Positions 13,431 through 29,430 of a stretch of DNA of 64,000 bases are shown here, in pieces. Each line of letters opens with the position of its first letter. Within the stretch, counting starts at the first letter, position 1. The position numbers were made by a program, and so were the translations under genes. This DNA comes from the human T2T-CHM13v2.0 reference genome, Homo sapiens. The DNA lies in NCBI RefSeq assembly GCF_009914755.1, contig NC_060936.1; one strand, written 5' to 3'. The notes beneath the pieces were generated by a model. It was not told where the DNA came from, ran no database searches, and worked only from the letters and a program-made list of their open reading frames with translations.

Positions 13431-13493
13431 TCTCTCTCTCTCTCTTTCTCTGACTCTCTCTCTCTCTTTCTCTCTCTCTCACACACACACACA
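13431..13493. repeat. Compound (CT)n(CA)n microsatellite
   Basis: Visible directly. Confidence 0.95.
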
Positions 13494-15084
13494 TCACTCA
13501 GAATTCCATGCTTAGTGAAGTAGAAAAGACTGTAGGGTTTAGAAGCTGGTTCCAGTGCTCACTCTATCACCCACACCTCTAGACTGATTTTGAGTAGATG
13601 ACTGCACCTTTCTAAACTTGTGCTCTGTTACCTATTGCTCTCAACTTCAACTGATGAGTAAAAGGTAAGATATATCATGAATTTAGAGGTGCTTTTAAGC
13701 TGTCGTGTCTCTCCCTGTTAAACTTTGAGTTCTTGGTACTCTTATTTTCCTCAACATCTCCAGTGTCTACCCACAAGCGTAGGAGTCATGCCAGGTACCT
13801 ATAGTGCTATTGCTCTTCTGCACATAATCACCATTCCTGTGAGTCCTGAAACTGCTGGAGACATCTTAATGTGCCCTGAATTCTCTCATCATTTTAAGGT
13901 GTCCATGTTCCATTTGTTGAGTGGGCTGTGCTGATCATGAAACTTTTTTCATGTTTGAGATGATAACAGGTAACTTATTGTCCACTCTGCCATTCCTATC
14001 ATTCCACACTGATGGGCTGGTGAGGGATCATTTATTTGCAGGGCTCAATTAGAAGCAGTCTAGCAGGCCAGGAAAAAGCATTTACTCTTGGGAGAGATTC
14101 TCAGGGACAACTGGTGGGAGAGTGAAAAGAACAAAGTTGGAAGCAGTAGTTAGTTTTTACTATTCACTCTGAAGTTGCCCAAATTAGCTGGGTGGGTGAA
14201 TATTTAATGTCACCACATCACATATGTAATTTGTACTGTCTGCTTTTAATCTTCACACCAGTTTTATAATTTTAATAAAATTTTAATTAAAAATAAATGA
14301 ACCGAACACTTCAACAGAACATTTTAAATGCAGACTATCAGGCTGGAAGCCCATGCTCAGCTGGAGATACAAACAAAACTAAGATATTCTAAAAATACAT
14401 AGCTGAGATATTTCTCCCTTTCTGCTCAGAAAGCATGGTTTTTCAGAGACCAAGATATCCTAAAAATACTACAAGCAGGTCCCAACTCCCAAGCAGACAA
14501 TCCAGACCCCCCTTTGTGATTCGGTGCCTTGAGCATACAGACTAGGATACTCCCATCTCTCTTGGGTCATTACTCTCCCAGTGTTTACCTCCTTACAGTA
14601 ATTTCTTTCTGTCCTAGCAGCCCTCTGAGGGAGCTGACTCAGACTTGTACTTTTCCTGGATATCTACTAAATGCCCAAATCATATGCCCCTATTTGGCCA
14701 AACTCATAATAATATATAAATAAGTAATGCTACATTTACATTTTAAAATGCTGGGTTTTTAAAAATGTGTAATGGAATTTCAAACAGTATTATAAAGTAC
14801 ATAATTTAAATAGTGTGGGCAGAAATATTTCTGGACTCATGGCCAAATTTTTTAGATTTTCTAGGGGGCAGTTTTGATTTTGAAAAGGTCATGACATTGT
14901 CCATAGAATATTTTAGTATTTGTTTGAAATACAAAACCATTCAGCCACAATATATGCCATAGTCTTTAACAACTGCATTTTAAAATCACACTATTATAAG
15001 TTATAATTTTTATAGTTTTGGTCTATAGTTTTAGAGAAAGCAACACTTATAACTTCAGAATCTCATTGACTGTGGGGTTGGGAT

Positions 15085-15556
15085 TTATGTATGTATGTAT
15101 GTATGTATGTATTTACTTATTTATTATACTTTAAGTTCTGGGATACACGTGCAGAACATGCAGGTTTGTTACATAGGTATAGACGTGTCACGGTGGTTTG
15201 CTGCACCCATCAACCCGTCATCTACACTAGGTATTTCTCCTAATGCTATCTCTTCCCTAGCCCCCACTACTCAACAGGCCCTGGTGTGTGATGTACCCCT
15301 CCCTGTGTCCATGTATTCTCATTGTTCCCCTCCCACTTTTGAGTGAGAACATGTGGTGTTTGGTTTTCTGTTCCTGTGTTAGTTTGCTGAGGATGATGGT
15401 TTCCAGCTTCATCCATGTCCCTGCAAAAAACATGAACTCATCCTTTTTATGGCTGTATAGTATTCCATGGTGTATATGTGCCACATTTTCTTTATCCAGT
15501 CTATCATTGTTGGGCATTTGGGTTGGTTTCAAGTCTTTGCAATTGTGAATAGTGCT
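15085..15556 (-). mobile_element. 5'-truncated L1PA7-like element with a (TATG)n-converted tail
   Basis: TTAAGTTCTGGGATACACGTGCAGAAC...CCCATCAACCCGTCATCTACA; minus-strand ORF 15257-15532 is the L1 ORF2 C-terminus (FAGTWMKLETIILSKLTQEQKTKH). Confidence 0.95.
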
Positions 15557-16025
15557 TTATTAATAGTCTGCTTATCCATTATATCTCTGGATTCTGACTC
15601 TATTAAAATTGTTGAGCACTAAGAAACAAAGACCACCAAATCAATGTCCAAAACAATGCCAAATTTATTGCTGGCCTGGCAAGGAAAAGTTCTGACAGTC
15701 AGCTACAAGGTCAGTGGGTCTCTCCAAGCAGAAGTTAAAAGGGTATAAAAGGAGGGATCACATCAAATATATCAGACAGAAATTTGAGTTCAGGGCTATG
15801 ATTGCACCACATGGTAGAGATGCCACTTCTTGATGACTGGTGACTTTCAGATTACCAGGGCTAATCCTGAGAGACTTGATTCCCAACACGTTCAGGATGA
15901 GTTATGCGAGATTCCAGTGGGTCTAGCGTCATCAGGTGTGCTCACATGCTTTTATTTGAAGCTTAGCATGGTTGCTTTCTCCTTTTTCTTAATGAAATAG
16001 ATAATGCATTTTGGGAAGAGATAAT

Positions 16026-16305
<280 letters not shown>

Positions 16306-16379
16306 TCATTATGATAGTGGACACTAAAAACTGGAGTTTTTAGGCATTGGGTTAGACAGTATTAGAGTGGTATTCTCTT

Positions 16380-16480
16380 TCACTTACTCATTTATTTACT
16401 CATTCATTCCTTTTTTGCAAGTATTCGTGGAGTCACTGCTATGTGAATAACACTGCTGTATGCTAGGGATAACAAATATA
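16380..16480 (-). mobile_element. L2 3' end
   Basis: TCATTCATTCC...GTATTCGTGGAGTCACTGCTATGTG...GCTAGGGATA. Confidence 0.6.
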
Positions 16481-16487
16481 ACCCAGA

Positions 16488-17075
16488 TGTCACATAAGAT
16501 CAGATTTCCTATCGCGCAACCTCTGAAAAACTAATGTCTTCTCTGGGGTTTACAGCTGCTGACTCAGAACTGAAACCTGTACCTTAACTGTCTTTAATTG
16601 CATGGATTTACTGTTATACTCAAAACTCTGCATTAACCTGACTTCATTTTTCCAGGGAATTCTTTCTCAGGAGGATGTTTGTCTCATGAACTTTCTGAAG
16701 TCTATTTATTCCAACCGTAGACTAGCCAAGTAGCCTACATCAAGGCACATATCTTCCTTCTCAGAACAATAAATTATTCAACTGGGTTTCTCAAGGGACT
16801 GTTTTTCAAGGCTTCCTTCAAATCCCCCCCCCTTTTTTTTTCACTGTGTTTGCTAATTCTAAACTCTTATGTAACAAACTCTGCCCAATTCTAATCAGGC
16901 CCCTACATTGAAAGACCCACCTTAAACCATACTCTTATAAGTATTTTTCTTTTGTACTCTATCATTCAAGTTGCTACTATGGTTCTGTCAAGTTAGTTAT
17001 CTCCCTTATTACAAAGGTAATACACTTGATTTGCTTAATCTGTGTCTTTTGGTGGAATTTTTGGGGAGTCAGCAA
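16488..17075 (+). mobile_element. Old ERV1-class LTR (MER110/MER90-like; subfamily uncertain)
   Basis: CCCCTACATTGAAAGACCCACCTTAAACC...TTTGGGGAGTCAGCA resembles MER110-group LTR ends. Confidence 0.55.
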
Positions 17076-19170
17076 TCTACAGAGATTACATTCTCAAAGT
17101 CGCTCTGGCTTCAGTCCCTTGATCTTACTGAGTTTTTGTGTATTGTCATCTACTCCCTTCTCTTGTCTCTGTTCTGTGTTGACCAAGACATAAAACTAAC
17201 TCCCTTTCTTGTTTTTTAAACTCCCTAATCCCCAGCAACAACCACAACAAAGTCCAGTCTCACAAAGCATTTGCATGTCAAACAAACTTTAAAAATTTAG
17301 TAACATAAGGATTCATATAGATTAGCAATAACAACTTACATTTGAATATTAGATATCCTTGTTCTTGTGAGTCCTTCAACCTCCCCACTCTCTAGACCGG
17401 TATTACTCAGAGTGTGGCATTATCAGTATATCACAAAGTTAGTACAGAAATTGAGAATAAGCATTTACAAGCATTTGATCAGTGATGATTGGAAATTAAA
17501 CAACAACTTCCCCCCAAACAAACAACAAAAACCTGGTTCTTCACCACAGATAATTTAAGAGCCATTCACCAAACTCTCAGGTTTTCAATTTGGTGCGAAC
17601 CCCATCCTTTAGCACCCCAATGAAATGCAATCTTCTTCACTGTACTATGCAAAGCAACTAAGATTTTCTACTCCTCTTCTCTGAGTACACCTCTCAATAT
17701 GTGGAAATACACACTTAAGGCATTCTGCTAAACAATGGCGTGTGGGAACTCTAGTTCCCACCATGTTGCAGAACAAAAGAATTGGAAGAGGTCTTACAAT
17801 TTCAGTCTTTTTTTATCTCTCTCTTATTAAAGTCTCTGGGAGGGTAAAAGAGCACATCAAATGTCATTTTTGCCTAATAGAATAATGGCATTTTTCCTAA
17901 TGGGTAAGAAGATGGTACAATCAGCTTTGTCCTTAAATAATATTTTTTGTCCTATTACTTCATAATGAGTTAGATACTGTCCCTGACCTGAAAGAACTCC
18001 TTATCATTTGAGAAGAAGTCACCATGTAAATACGTCATGGCAACACTGCAGGGTAAGTGCAGAGAGGGAGAGAGTTCCCAATAGTCAGAGGAACCCTGAA
18101 GGTAGAGGGCAAAGTGTGCCCAGGGATTCAGGGGATCTGTTGCTTTCTACCACTGAATCAATTTTGAATGAATGAAATATAGTGGATAAAATTTAGAACG
18201 TAGATAAGTCATGGCATTTATAGTAAGAATCATGCTATTTCCCTTCTAGATAGTTGTAATTTACCCTTCAGTGGTGTCAACACACAGTAGAGTTAATACT
18301 GAGAATGAAGTGGTAGCAGGAGGTTTGTGGTTACATAAACTAAACAGCATTTAATTGAATTTCTAACAGATGGAGAACAATGAAATCATTCATAATCTTT
18401 TCACAGTGAGTTAACTCAGAGGTAAACCAGAAATGATCAAATAGTTTTATCCAGTCTTCTGCTGCAGATTTAATATTTTCATCTGCATCAACTCTGTTAT
18501 TTCCCGGCTCAATTTAATGACTAACATGGCATAAAAGTAACAATTTCTTGATTATTAAAATTCTATTTGTGGCAGATTACAAATAAAATCTATTTTAAAG
18601 TCATTACTAAATAAATATCCTGTAATAATAAACTAACATTGAACAACCATCTTATAAAATCTTGATGATAAGCGTATTAGAGAATTTTAATTCAAAGCAT
18701 TATCACAAAAATAAACAGACACAGCTACCAATTTTTTCTCATTAAAACAACTTTTCAATGTTAAATAATACATCAAATAACTCACTTTTTCTATGACAGT
18801 GTGTGGCATTTCCTCCTAAATCCCACAAGCAAAGTGGGCACCTGTGAAAAGAGCAACAAAGAGACCTAACCATGGTTGTCCTGAAATGGTTTAGCCAGGG
18901 TGTCAGTTAAAATCATCAACATCTTCCCAATGTCCAATGGCAGGGAAGACCCTTACCTCCGTTTCTGAACAGTAGCACTCATTTCTGAGGGTAAATGTGA
19001 AACATTTAACCATGAGTCGGTATCTTCAAACTATTTCCAGAAAACTGGCCCTTAGAAGCAACATATAGGGAGTGATATTCCAATGACACCAATATTCACA
19101 ATTACACATTTAAATATTTATTTGTAAAATTATTGATTTTATTGTAGAAAGAGCAAGAACCCAGAGAAGC

Positions 19171-19202
<32 letters not shown>

Positions 19203-19634
19203 ACACTCCAAATCAATTATGTCACCATTCAGAGATGGCCACAGTCAATATTTTGGTATGCAGCCTTTCTAACCTATTTATAATCTCTGTGTTTATGACA
19301 TACTATATATGTAAATGACAAGAAAAGAATGTGGATATTTAGACATACTGTCCTGTAATGTGTCTTTTTTCCAGGTGGCAAAATATTATTAACTTATTTT
19401 GAGGGGACTGAAAATGCTGTATTATTACTGGTGGAGTTGGATTGAAAAACATACCTTGATCCTATAGTCAAAAAGTCTTCCTGCTAATTTTTTTTTCCCA
19501 GAAGTAAATTGTCCCAAGGGTTTAGACCACATCTCACATAAAGAAGAAAAAAAGCTTATCATGAGCTTGTTATTTAATCAACATGTCTCAGCATCACGAT
19601 TTTACATGCTTATAATGATATCATTTTAGGATTA

Positions 19635-20500
<866 letters not shown>

Positions 20501-20844
20501 TCAAGGCATGCAATAATCAACACTTGTACAAATATCTTTGAAGTTGTCTGATAAATTCCCAGAAATAAAATTTCTGATTCAAAAAGTATACACATTTGAA
20601 AAGTTTTGATGTATATTGCAAAGTTCATCTCTAGCAATGTGGTATTACTTTACATCCTTACCAGCAGAATCAGCGTCACCTTTCCCTGCTCCTGCATCAA
20701 CACTGCATATTTTACTGTCACCATTTCTATCCCACAATTGTTCTTTTTGATCAATCAAGAGATAAATTTATAGGTAGATAGTTACAAGGCACAGCCTAAA
20801 TTTTATTTTACTAGTGTAGGACACTCCCTTTAAAATGGAAAAGA

Positions 20845-21158
20845 GGCTGGGAGCAGTGGCTCACGCCTGTAATCCCAGCACTTTGGGAGGCCGAGGCCGG
20901 CAGATCAGGAGGTCAGGAGTTCAAGACCAGCCTGGCCAATATGGTGAAACCCCGTCTCTACTAAAAATACAAAAAAAAAAAAAATTAGCTGGGCGGGATG
21001 GTACTCACCTGTAGTTCCAGCTATTTGGGAGGCTGAGGCAGAAGGCAGAAGAATCATTTGAACTGGGGAGGCAGAGTTTGCAGTGAGCCGAGATCATGCC
21101 ACCGCACTCCAGCCTGGGTAATAGAGTGAGAGTCTGACTCAAAAAAAAAAAAAAAAAA
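20845..21158 (+). mobile_element. AluS
   Basis: Full dimer, poly-A tail, small GGCAGAA duplication in the right arm. Confidence 0.96.
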
Positions 21159-21344
21159 GAAAGGAAAATAAACTTTTTTGGGTTCACTAAGGAATGCATT
21201 TCCCTCTCTACTAGTGAAACAGAGACTCATTTATATGTTGATGGACCATTTTATTTTTTTTCTTCTGTGATATATTTGTTCATATCTTTTTCCTAATGAC
21301 TTGTTATAATGGTATTTTTCCAATTGATTCATAATTCTGCCTGG

Positions 21345-21609
21345 TTTGTGTTTTGGAAAGCAGATTGATAACTGCTTTAAAAGTTAGGTTGAAAATGCAC
21401 ATACCTTCAAGAGCAATTCTACTCTGAGGTGTATACCTCAGAGTGTGTAACTGGAGGTATGCATGTTAATGTTCAAAAGCAGCATTTTTTTAAACAGCAA
21501 CAAAATAGGAATGATCCAAATGTCTATCAGGAAAAGAATGGACTTTAAAAGAGAATGACATTATTCAACGGAGTACTAGACAGCAGTGAAAATAAATGAA
21601 TTGCAACTA
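21345..21609 (+). mobile_element. L1ME ORF2 3' fragment
   Basis: AAAATGCACATACCTT...GCAATTCTACTC...CCAAATGTCTATCA...GCAGTGAAAATAAATGAA. Confidence 0.75.
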
Positions 21610-22070
21610 TGTCTTAGCTATGTAGTTGTGCAACAAACTACACCAAAACTTAGTGACTTAAAGCAACCCGTTATTTTTCTAGTATTCTTTGGGTGGGCTG
21701 GGCTGTTCATCTGCTATTATGTCTGGGCTCACTCATGAGGCTACATGTGGCTGTCAGGTCAGTGGGGACTGAATTCAGCTGCCATAGCTGGTATGGCTGG
21801 ACCTCTCTTCCCACATGCTTAGGTTTCTTCACAGCATAGTGGCCTTAGGGTGATGTTAAGAGGATGAAAGCATAAAATACAAGCCCTGAAAGTTGTACCA
21901 TGTCACTTCTGCTGCATTCTATTAGCCAAACAAGTCATGAGACCACCCCAGCTTCAGGGGATGGGGAAAGGGGCTTCATCTTTGGATGGGAGGCAATAAC
22001 AACCTGACATAGCAAATGGGAATGGCCCAAAGGAGCCATGATTCATTGGGGGCCATCATTTTAACAATGC
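21610..22070 (-). mobile_element. MaLR LTR (MLT1G/H-like)
   Basis: CAAACTACACCAAAACTTAGTGACTTAAAGCAAC...GTCACTTCTGCTGCATTCTATTAGCC. Confidence 0.8.
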
Positions 22071-22307
22071 ATTATAATAATCTGAGTACTCTATAATCAT
22101 ACTGATCTTACTCTCATCTCTGTTCATATTTTTGTTAATCACCAGATATAGCTGTCCCAAAATTTGAGGGATTTTTAATATGAAATCTCTATCTGAGTTT
22201 TAGGAGGGTGCTTTCCAATAATTTCCTAGATCCTGGTGCTCTGAGAAAATTAGTATAATCTGTACTTTGTATCTGCCTGACTTGTTTTCTAAGATCTCAA
22301 TATTCTC

Positions 22308-22778
22308 TGTGGTGGTTAATTTTATGTGTCAGTTTGACTTGGCTATGGTACTCAGATATTTGGTCAAACACTTCTGAATGTTGCTGTGGAGATATAAAAT
22401 GAGATTAACATTTATATTAGTAGACTATGCGTAAAGCAGATTACTTTCTATAATGTGGGTAAGCCTCATTCAATCAGTTAAGGCCTTAAGAAAAAAAAAA
22501 AACAAAAAACCTCACCTCACCAAAAGACATAATTCTTCCAGAAAACTATCTTTGAACTCAAACCACGGCTTAATGCTTCCCTGGGTCTTCAGATTACGGG
22601 TGTACCCTGCAGATTTTAGACTTGGTAGCTTCCATAATCAATTGTGCCAATTTCTTCTCTCTCTCTCTCTCTCTGTGCATACACACACACACACACACAC
22701 ACATACACACACACACACACACAGACATACACCCTATTCCTATTGGTTCTGTTTCTCTGAAGAACCCTGGCTAATACA
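22308..22778 (+). mobile_element. ERVL solo LTR (MLT2C/D) with internal (CT)n(CA)n
   Basis: TGTGGTGGTTAATTTTATGTGTCAG...GAACCCTGGCTAATACA; 5-bp TSD TTCTC/TTCCC. Confidence 0.92.
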
Positions 22779-23389
22779 TTCCCCTTAGAGAAACTACTTT
22801 CTTCCTCTAGTTTAATCTACTTGTTTTCTTTATTCTGTTTTCATTCCTTCCTTGTTCCTGTTCTGATAGTATGAGTAATGCACGTTTTCCAACACTTCCA
22901 ATTCCCTCTTGTGTCTCTGAGCAAATTTGATTTTTACAGTTTCTAGGCACATGCCCATTTAATTTCCTTTTTAGCCTTTGGGCCTATAATAATTATATGA
23001 GGTTTTTTCTTTCTTTATAGCAACCACAAAAGACAGCCTATTCTTTTTATAATAAGAGATCTCATTCTTTTTATTTGTTTATTAATAAATTGACCATTTT
23101 ATGTGGGGGAAGCCACAGTTTGAATCTTGAATTAGAAATATATCATCAGAGATTGTGTAATTATCAAATCCAGAGCCACTCTGAGACCAGGCAGGGGTAA
23201 TGTGAACAACGAATCAATTTTAATCCACCTATCCAGATGTGGCACCAGCAATTTTAGGGTAGAAATTCACTAAAGCTTTTTGGCATATGTGACTCTTGAG
23301 TGTCTTTGCAGTTTGAAGTCACAGCTGAGAAATATAGTAAACCAACAAAAAATGTCACTGAACCTTAATCTATATCATGAAGAGCCTTC

Positions 23390-23835
23390 ACTGCATCATT
23401 TACAACCCTGTTCCCGCTTTCTCTTGTTTTGTTCTCCTAAAGGTTAAAAATCTAAAACTCACTTTTAAAAATTCCCTTTTGTCTGAGGACAGCAATGGGA
23501 CAAAATTCTGGCAAATAAAATGAATGCAAAAATTAGCTAAAAAATGCTTATTTTCCTGAATTATCTGATAAGATCTCATGAGGAGGTCTGCCTGGAAAGT
23601 GGATGCAATCCTAGAGATGAAGCAACTAATAGTATGATCATGAGGGAAAAGAGCAAATTCTGAGGTTGCTGTGGCAGAAGATTGAATGAACTTGAATCTT
23701 TAATTATACTGTTGAGCCTAGGACTTCCTACCATCATATTTTTTTGTTATTTTGCAAAAACAAGAATTTCCCAGTTAAGACACTTTGGTTTGGGTTTTCT
23801 GTGGCATACAGTCTAATAAAATTTTAGCTGATATA
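23390..23835 (+). mobile_element. MaLR LTR (MLT1I/J-like)
   Basis: GATCATGAGGGAAAAG...CTGTTGAGCC...TTAAGACACTTTGGTTTGGGTTTTCTGT...CTGATA. Confidence 0.65.
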
Positions 23836-23949
23836 AAAGGTGCTTCAGAATCTAGTAAAACAGACAAAGGAACAAAACAACAATCTAAACCAAACCTTTC
23901 AGTGGTATTCTTAACATTTAAATTTTTGAATCCCTTTTGATTATTCATT

Positions 23950-24060
23950 CACAAGGTTTCATGTCTATTATCTCTTTTGATTTTTGTAATAGTCCTGGGA
24001 AGAAAAATAGATTTTATTATCTTTAGTATACAGATGAGGAATATGAGGTCAGGAAAATAA
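23950..24060 (-). mobile_element. MIR
   Basis: ATACAGATGAGGAATATGAGGTCAG. Confidence 0.65.
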
Positions 24061-24357
24061 TGTTTTATAATTTTTTTTTATCCTGGAGGAGACCAGAACC
24101 CTGTCCTCTCCACGATGTGTTTCACTACTGCCCCTAGCACATGGTAGATGTTCAATACATAAATGAGTAAATGGTGCATGTAAAACATTTGTTCAGAACT
24201 TTGCATACATTTTGTTAAATAAATGGAAGCTAATAACAATAATAACAACATGTTAGCTTCTTGCCTTAGCACCTATAGAATCCTGTGAATTCAGATTTTC
24301 TTTGGTATAGACCTAAAGTTAGCCTCTGATACAGAAATGGTAATACAAAGACATCCT

Positions 24358-24635
24358 GGCCTGGGCCAATGGCTCATGTCTGTAATCCCAGTGCTTTTGG
24401 AGGCCGAGAAGGGAGAATCACTTGAGGCCAGGAGTTTGAGATCAGCCTGGGCAACATAGCAAGACCCCATCTTTATTAAAAATAATGGCCTTAGCTACTC
24501 TGGAGACTGAGGCAGGAGGATCCCTTGAGCCCCAGGAGTTGTAGGTTGCAGTGAGCCATGATCACACCGCTGCACTCCAGTAGCCTGGGTGACAGAGCAA
24601 GACCCTGTTTCTTACAAAAAATAATTAAATAAATA
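24358..24635 (+). mobile_element. AluJ with a deletion at the start of the right monomer
   Basis: TTGAGGCCAGGAGTTTGAG...CAACATAGCAAGACCCC; TSD AAAGACATCCT at 24347-24357 / 24636-24646. Confidence 0.95.
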
Positions 24636-25599
24636 AAAGACATCCTTTGCTGAGTAGTAAGAGACATGAATTTATTCATTATTCTAAAAGAGAGTAGCAA
24701 ACAAATGCACAAAACTGGGATAAAAAATGTTAAAGGTAGTTTTCTTTAAGGTCATTAATGAAAAGTGTTTATTTCATTAATTTAATAACCCTCTTATGTG
24801 TTTCAGAAATGATTGTTAGAATGTAGAATGGAACTGACTATAGCTGACTTGGCTCAGCTGATGGGAGTTCTGTGTTAAATGACAAAGATTCTGGATGTGA
24901 TTTTTTTCTGTAGTAATGCCTCTTATAAGCAACTGTCATTTATTGTGTAAACCACTCTGCATATGCTATTTTATAAACAGTTATACTAATTCCATAAGGC
25001 AGCTGTTGATATACTCTTTTGATAGATAAGGAAACTTAGAGAGCATGATGACAGGAACAACTTCTGCTCTGACCAAGTGATCACCAGGGTAACAGAAAGA
25101 GGAAATTGGCTCGGTGAGAATTCACCCCTGATCCTGTAGAAGTAGTTCATGTGTCATGCTCTGTTCTGCTGATGACTCTGCAGCTGTGGTGTCTCAGCAC
25201 AGAAAACATGAGGCTATTGTAGCATCTGCCCGAAAAAGTACGGATCGCAGAACAGATCATGTGCAAACTCAGTTCATACACTGAAAGCATTAAGAAGACG
25301 TTGTAACAATTTTAAGCACAGAACATGTGTGCAGATATTTCAGTCAAATTCCTCTACTAGTTGGCATTCAAAACTGTGACTTTTCTCTAACTTTGCCATT
25401 AACTTCAGCTATACCTTAAATGGTAAAGAAGCAGGAAATAATGCAATTACTTAGGAAAATCTAACTAATAAATTACATAGGAAATTATAACTCTATAGCC
25501 TTCCCTCCAGAGTTTTCCATAATATCACCACCACCACCTTACATTTGTATAATGTTTTACAATAGACCTTGTAACTTTTTCATGAGAAGGTGGATATAT

Positions 25600-25830
25600 A
25601 ATGAGAAAAACCATAAATAAAGTATTGGGACTGACACAGATCTAGGTTCCAAATATAGCTCTTCCTTGATTTGCTGAGTTATTTCAGGTTAATGAGTTAA
25701 GTTATAGATTTCCTTATCTATAAAATAATACTCATACAATATTAATACAATATTTCATTCAGCTGTTAGGATGCCAAAAACAGACGTCATGTGGGCAAAC
25801 CTTTCCTAAGTTATAAAATGTGCCAAATTG
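25600..25830 (+). mobile_element. MIR (nested in an antisense MIR)
   Basis: CAGATCTAGGTTCCAAAT...TTTCCTTATCTATAAAAT. Confidence 0.55.
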
Positions 25831-26439
25831 TTCATGATTATCATTTTGTTTTATCCTCACGGCAACTCTGTAAGTCAGTTAGGATTTCCAGCCTAGCAGT
25901 ACTCAGCCACACAGCTGTAACAAATCCATTCACATACTCAGGGAAATAAGGATATAAAGAGTGCCAGAGGCACTCACATGATACAGAAACTCTCAGTCGT
26001 GGTAGCACAGACTCATATGATTATAGTACCATGACATGGCCGGTAACAGTGACATGGGCAACCGTTTCTCGAAATTGACACAGCACTCCATTCACAGTGT
26101 CACAGATAAGATGCACATCTGCACACATGTACTTGTTTTACAAGTGAGGGAATTAAGAGTTAGATAATTCAAATGGTTCACCTAAGGCCATCATAAGTGT
26201 AAGATCCAGGATACGAGATAAGGGCTTCTACTCCAAAGAACTGAGCATTTATCGCATCACCAGCCCGGTTTCAGAAAAGGGACACATCACAAATCCCAAT
26301 ACCCACCACTGTTCTCTTGCATTACGTACCCATGCTTTTTGTTGACCAGCAGTTTCAATGTAAGCTTTTGCCATAGGTACTCTACTCTCTGAAATACTTT
26401 GGACAGTACAGTCTGATAATTACAAAACATCAAAGCTTA

Positions 26440-26570
26440 GAGGCGATCTTTATAACTCCCTTATATTAGAGAAAAATTCAGAGGGGTTAAGTAACTTTCC
26501 CCAGGCTGCACAGCTGGTCTGTGTCAGAGAGAGGCCAGATCTAAGTTTTGGACACATCATCTGAACTCCT
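26440..26570 (-). mobile_element. MIR3-like
   Basis: CAGAGGGGTTAAGTAACTTTCCCCAGGCTGCACAGCTGGT. Confidence 0.65.
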
Positions 26571-27800
26571 TTTACTCCCTCTTCGCAGCTGTGAACCATC
26601 CTTAGAATGTCAACCGAGGTGCACAATGTGGCGGCCATGTCCTTGATGGCATGACAGGGGAGGGGTGAGTTGATACCTCTGCAGCATGCTTCACACACTG
26701 AATGACAGGTAGAAAAAAAGGACCATTATTTAGACCCCAGAGGCATGACATAAGTGTCCACCATGAAGTATTGGTTTGGCTTTCCTGTAATAATGAGAGA
26801 AGAAATAAAAAGAGCCAAGAGGAAAACCCATTTTGTTGCCAAGCTAATAACTCACATCATCCAACATATAAACGATTAATGCGATATTTAAAAGAGAAGT
26901 TGTAGCCTTGCATGAGGTGATCTATTGGCTAAATAGTTTCTGTGACATTTTGAAAAAGCAAAAAATAGTAATTGTCATACAAGACGTTTTTAATGGGAGC
27001 CCAGAAGGCAGCAGGCAAACCCAGAGAGAAAAGCAACATTAGTAAGCTCAACACTTGTTACTAAGCAAGATAGACCAGGACATTTTATTTCCTTCTGCTG
27101 TGTCCTCAGATCCAAGCTCACTTCCTTAGACTCACTTCAGATTTTAGGTGTGGCCCACGTAAGAGGTTACTGTGTGTCCAACATAACATAGCTGAGCCGC
27201 TTCAGAAAACTCACCCTTCTGAGAAGATCCTGACTTTCCAGTTGGTCTTTTTAACTTAGAGTTACACTCATGGTTCTATTTATCTGGGCAAAATTCAAGA
27301 GGCCACTTTCCCTTCCCTTCAAGAGGAAAGAGAAAGGCTAGGACATGGCCAAAAGGAGAGGGCAATATTTATCATTAGGACACAGGATGAGGGCAACAAG
27401 GAGAAGAAGCTTGCTCTTGGGTAGGACATTGTTTAGGGAAGGGCGTGTGTGGAGGAGAAGGTGAGCTGAGCTCCTGACACAAGGATGACTATGTGTGTGC
27501 AAAAGGCAGCTAGGGAAAATAAATGACTGCTTTCATTGGGAAAGTGTTATTTATAACATCCTAGAACTTTAGACTGAAATGGAACACAAATCCTGTATTT
27601 CATGGGGGAGGAAATCAAGGTTCGGGGAAGAGAACTTATCCAGATTCTGGGTGGTTAGGGGCATACCATGGGAGCCCAGATGTCTTGCCTCCCCGCCCAG
27701 GGCTTTTATACAACTCCATACAAAGAAATGTGAGTTATTAAGGGAAGAAATTTTTATCTTCATTTAATCTCTTCTGCCTCCCTTCCCTCTTTTCTCCGTC

Positions 27801-29352
<1,552 letters not shown>

Positions 29353-29354
29353 GC

Positions 29355-29430
29355 TTCTTTTATTTCTTCAGTATTTATTGAGCATCTGCTATGTGCCAGG
29401 CCCTGTTCTAAGACCCAAAGACAATGTGCT
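29355..29430 (-). mobile_element. L2 3' end
   Basis: TATTTATTGAGCATCTGCTATGTGCCAGGCCCTGTTCTAAG. Confidence 0.8.
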
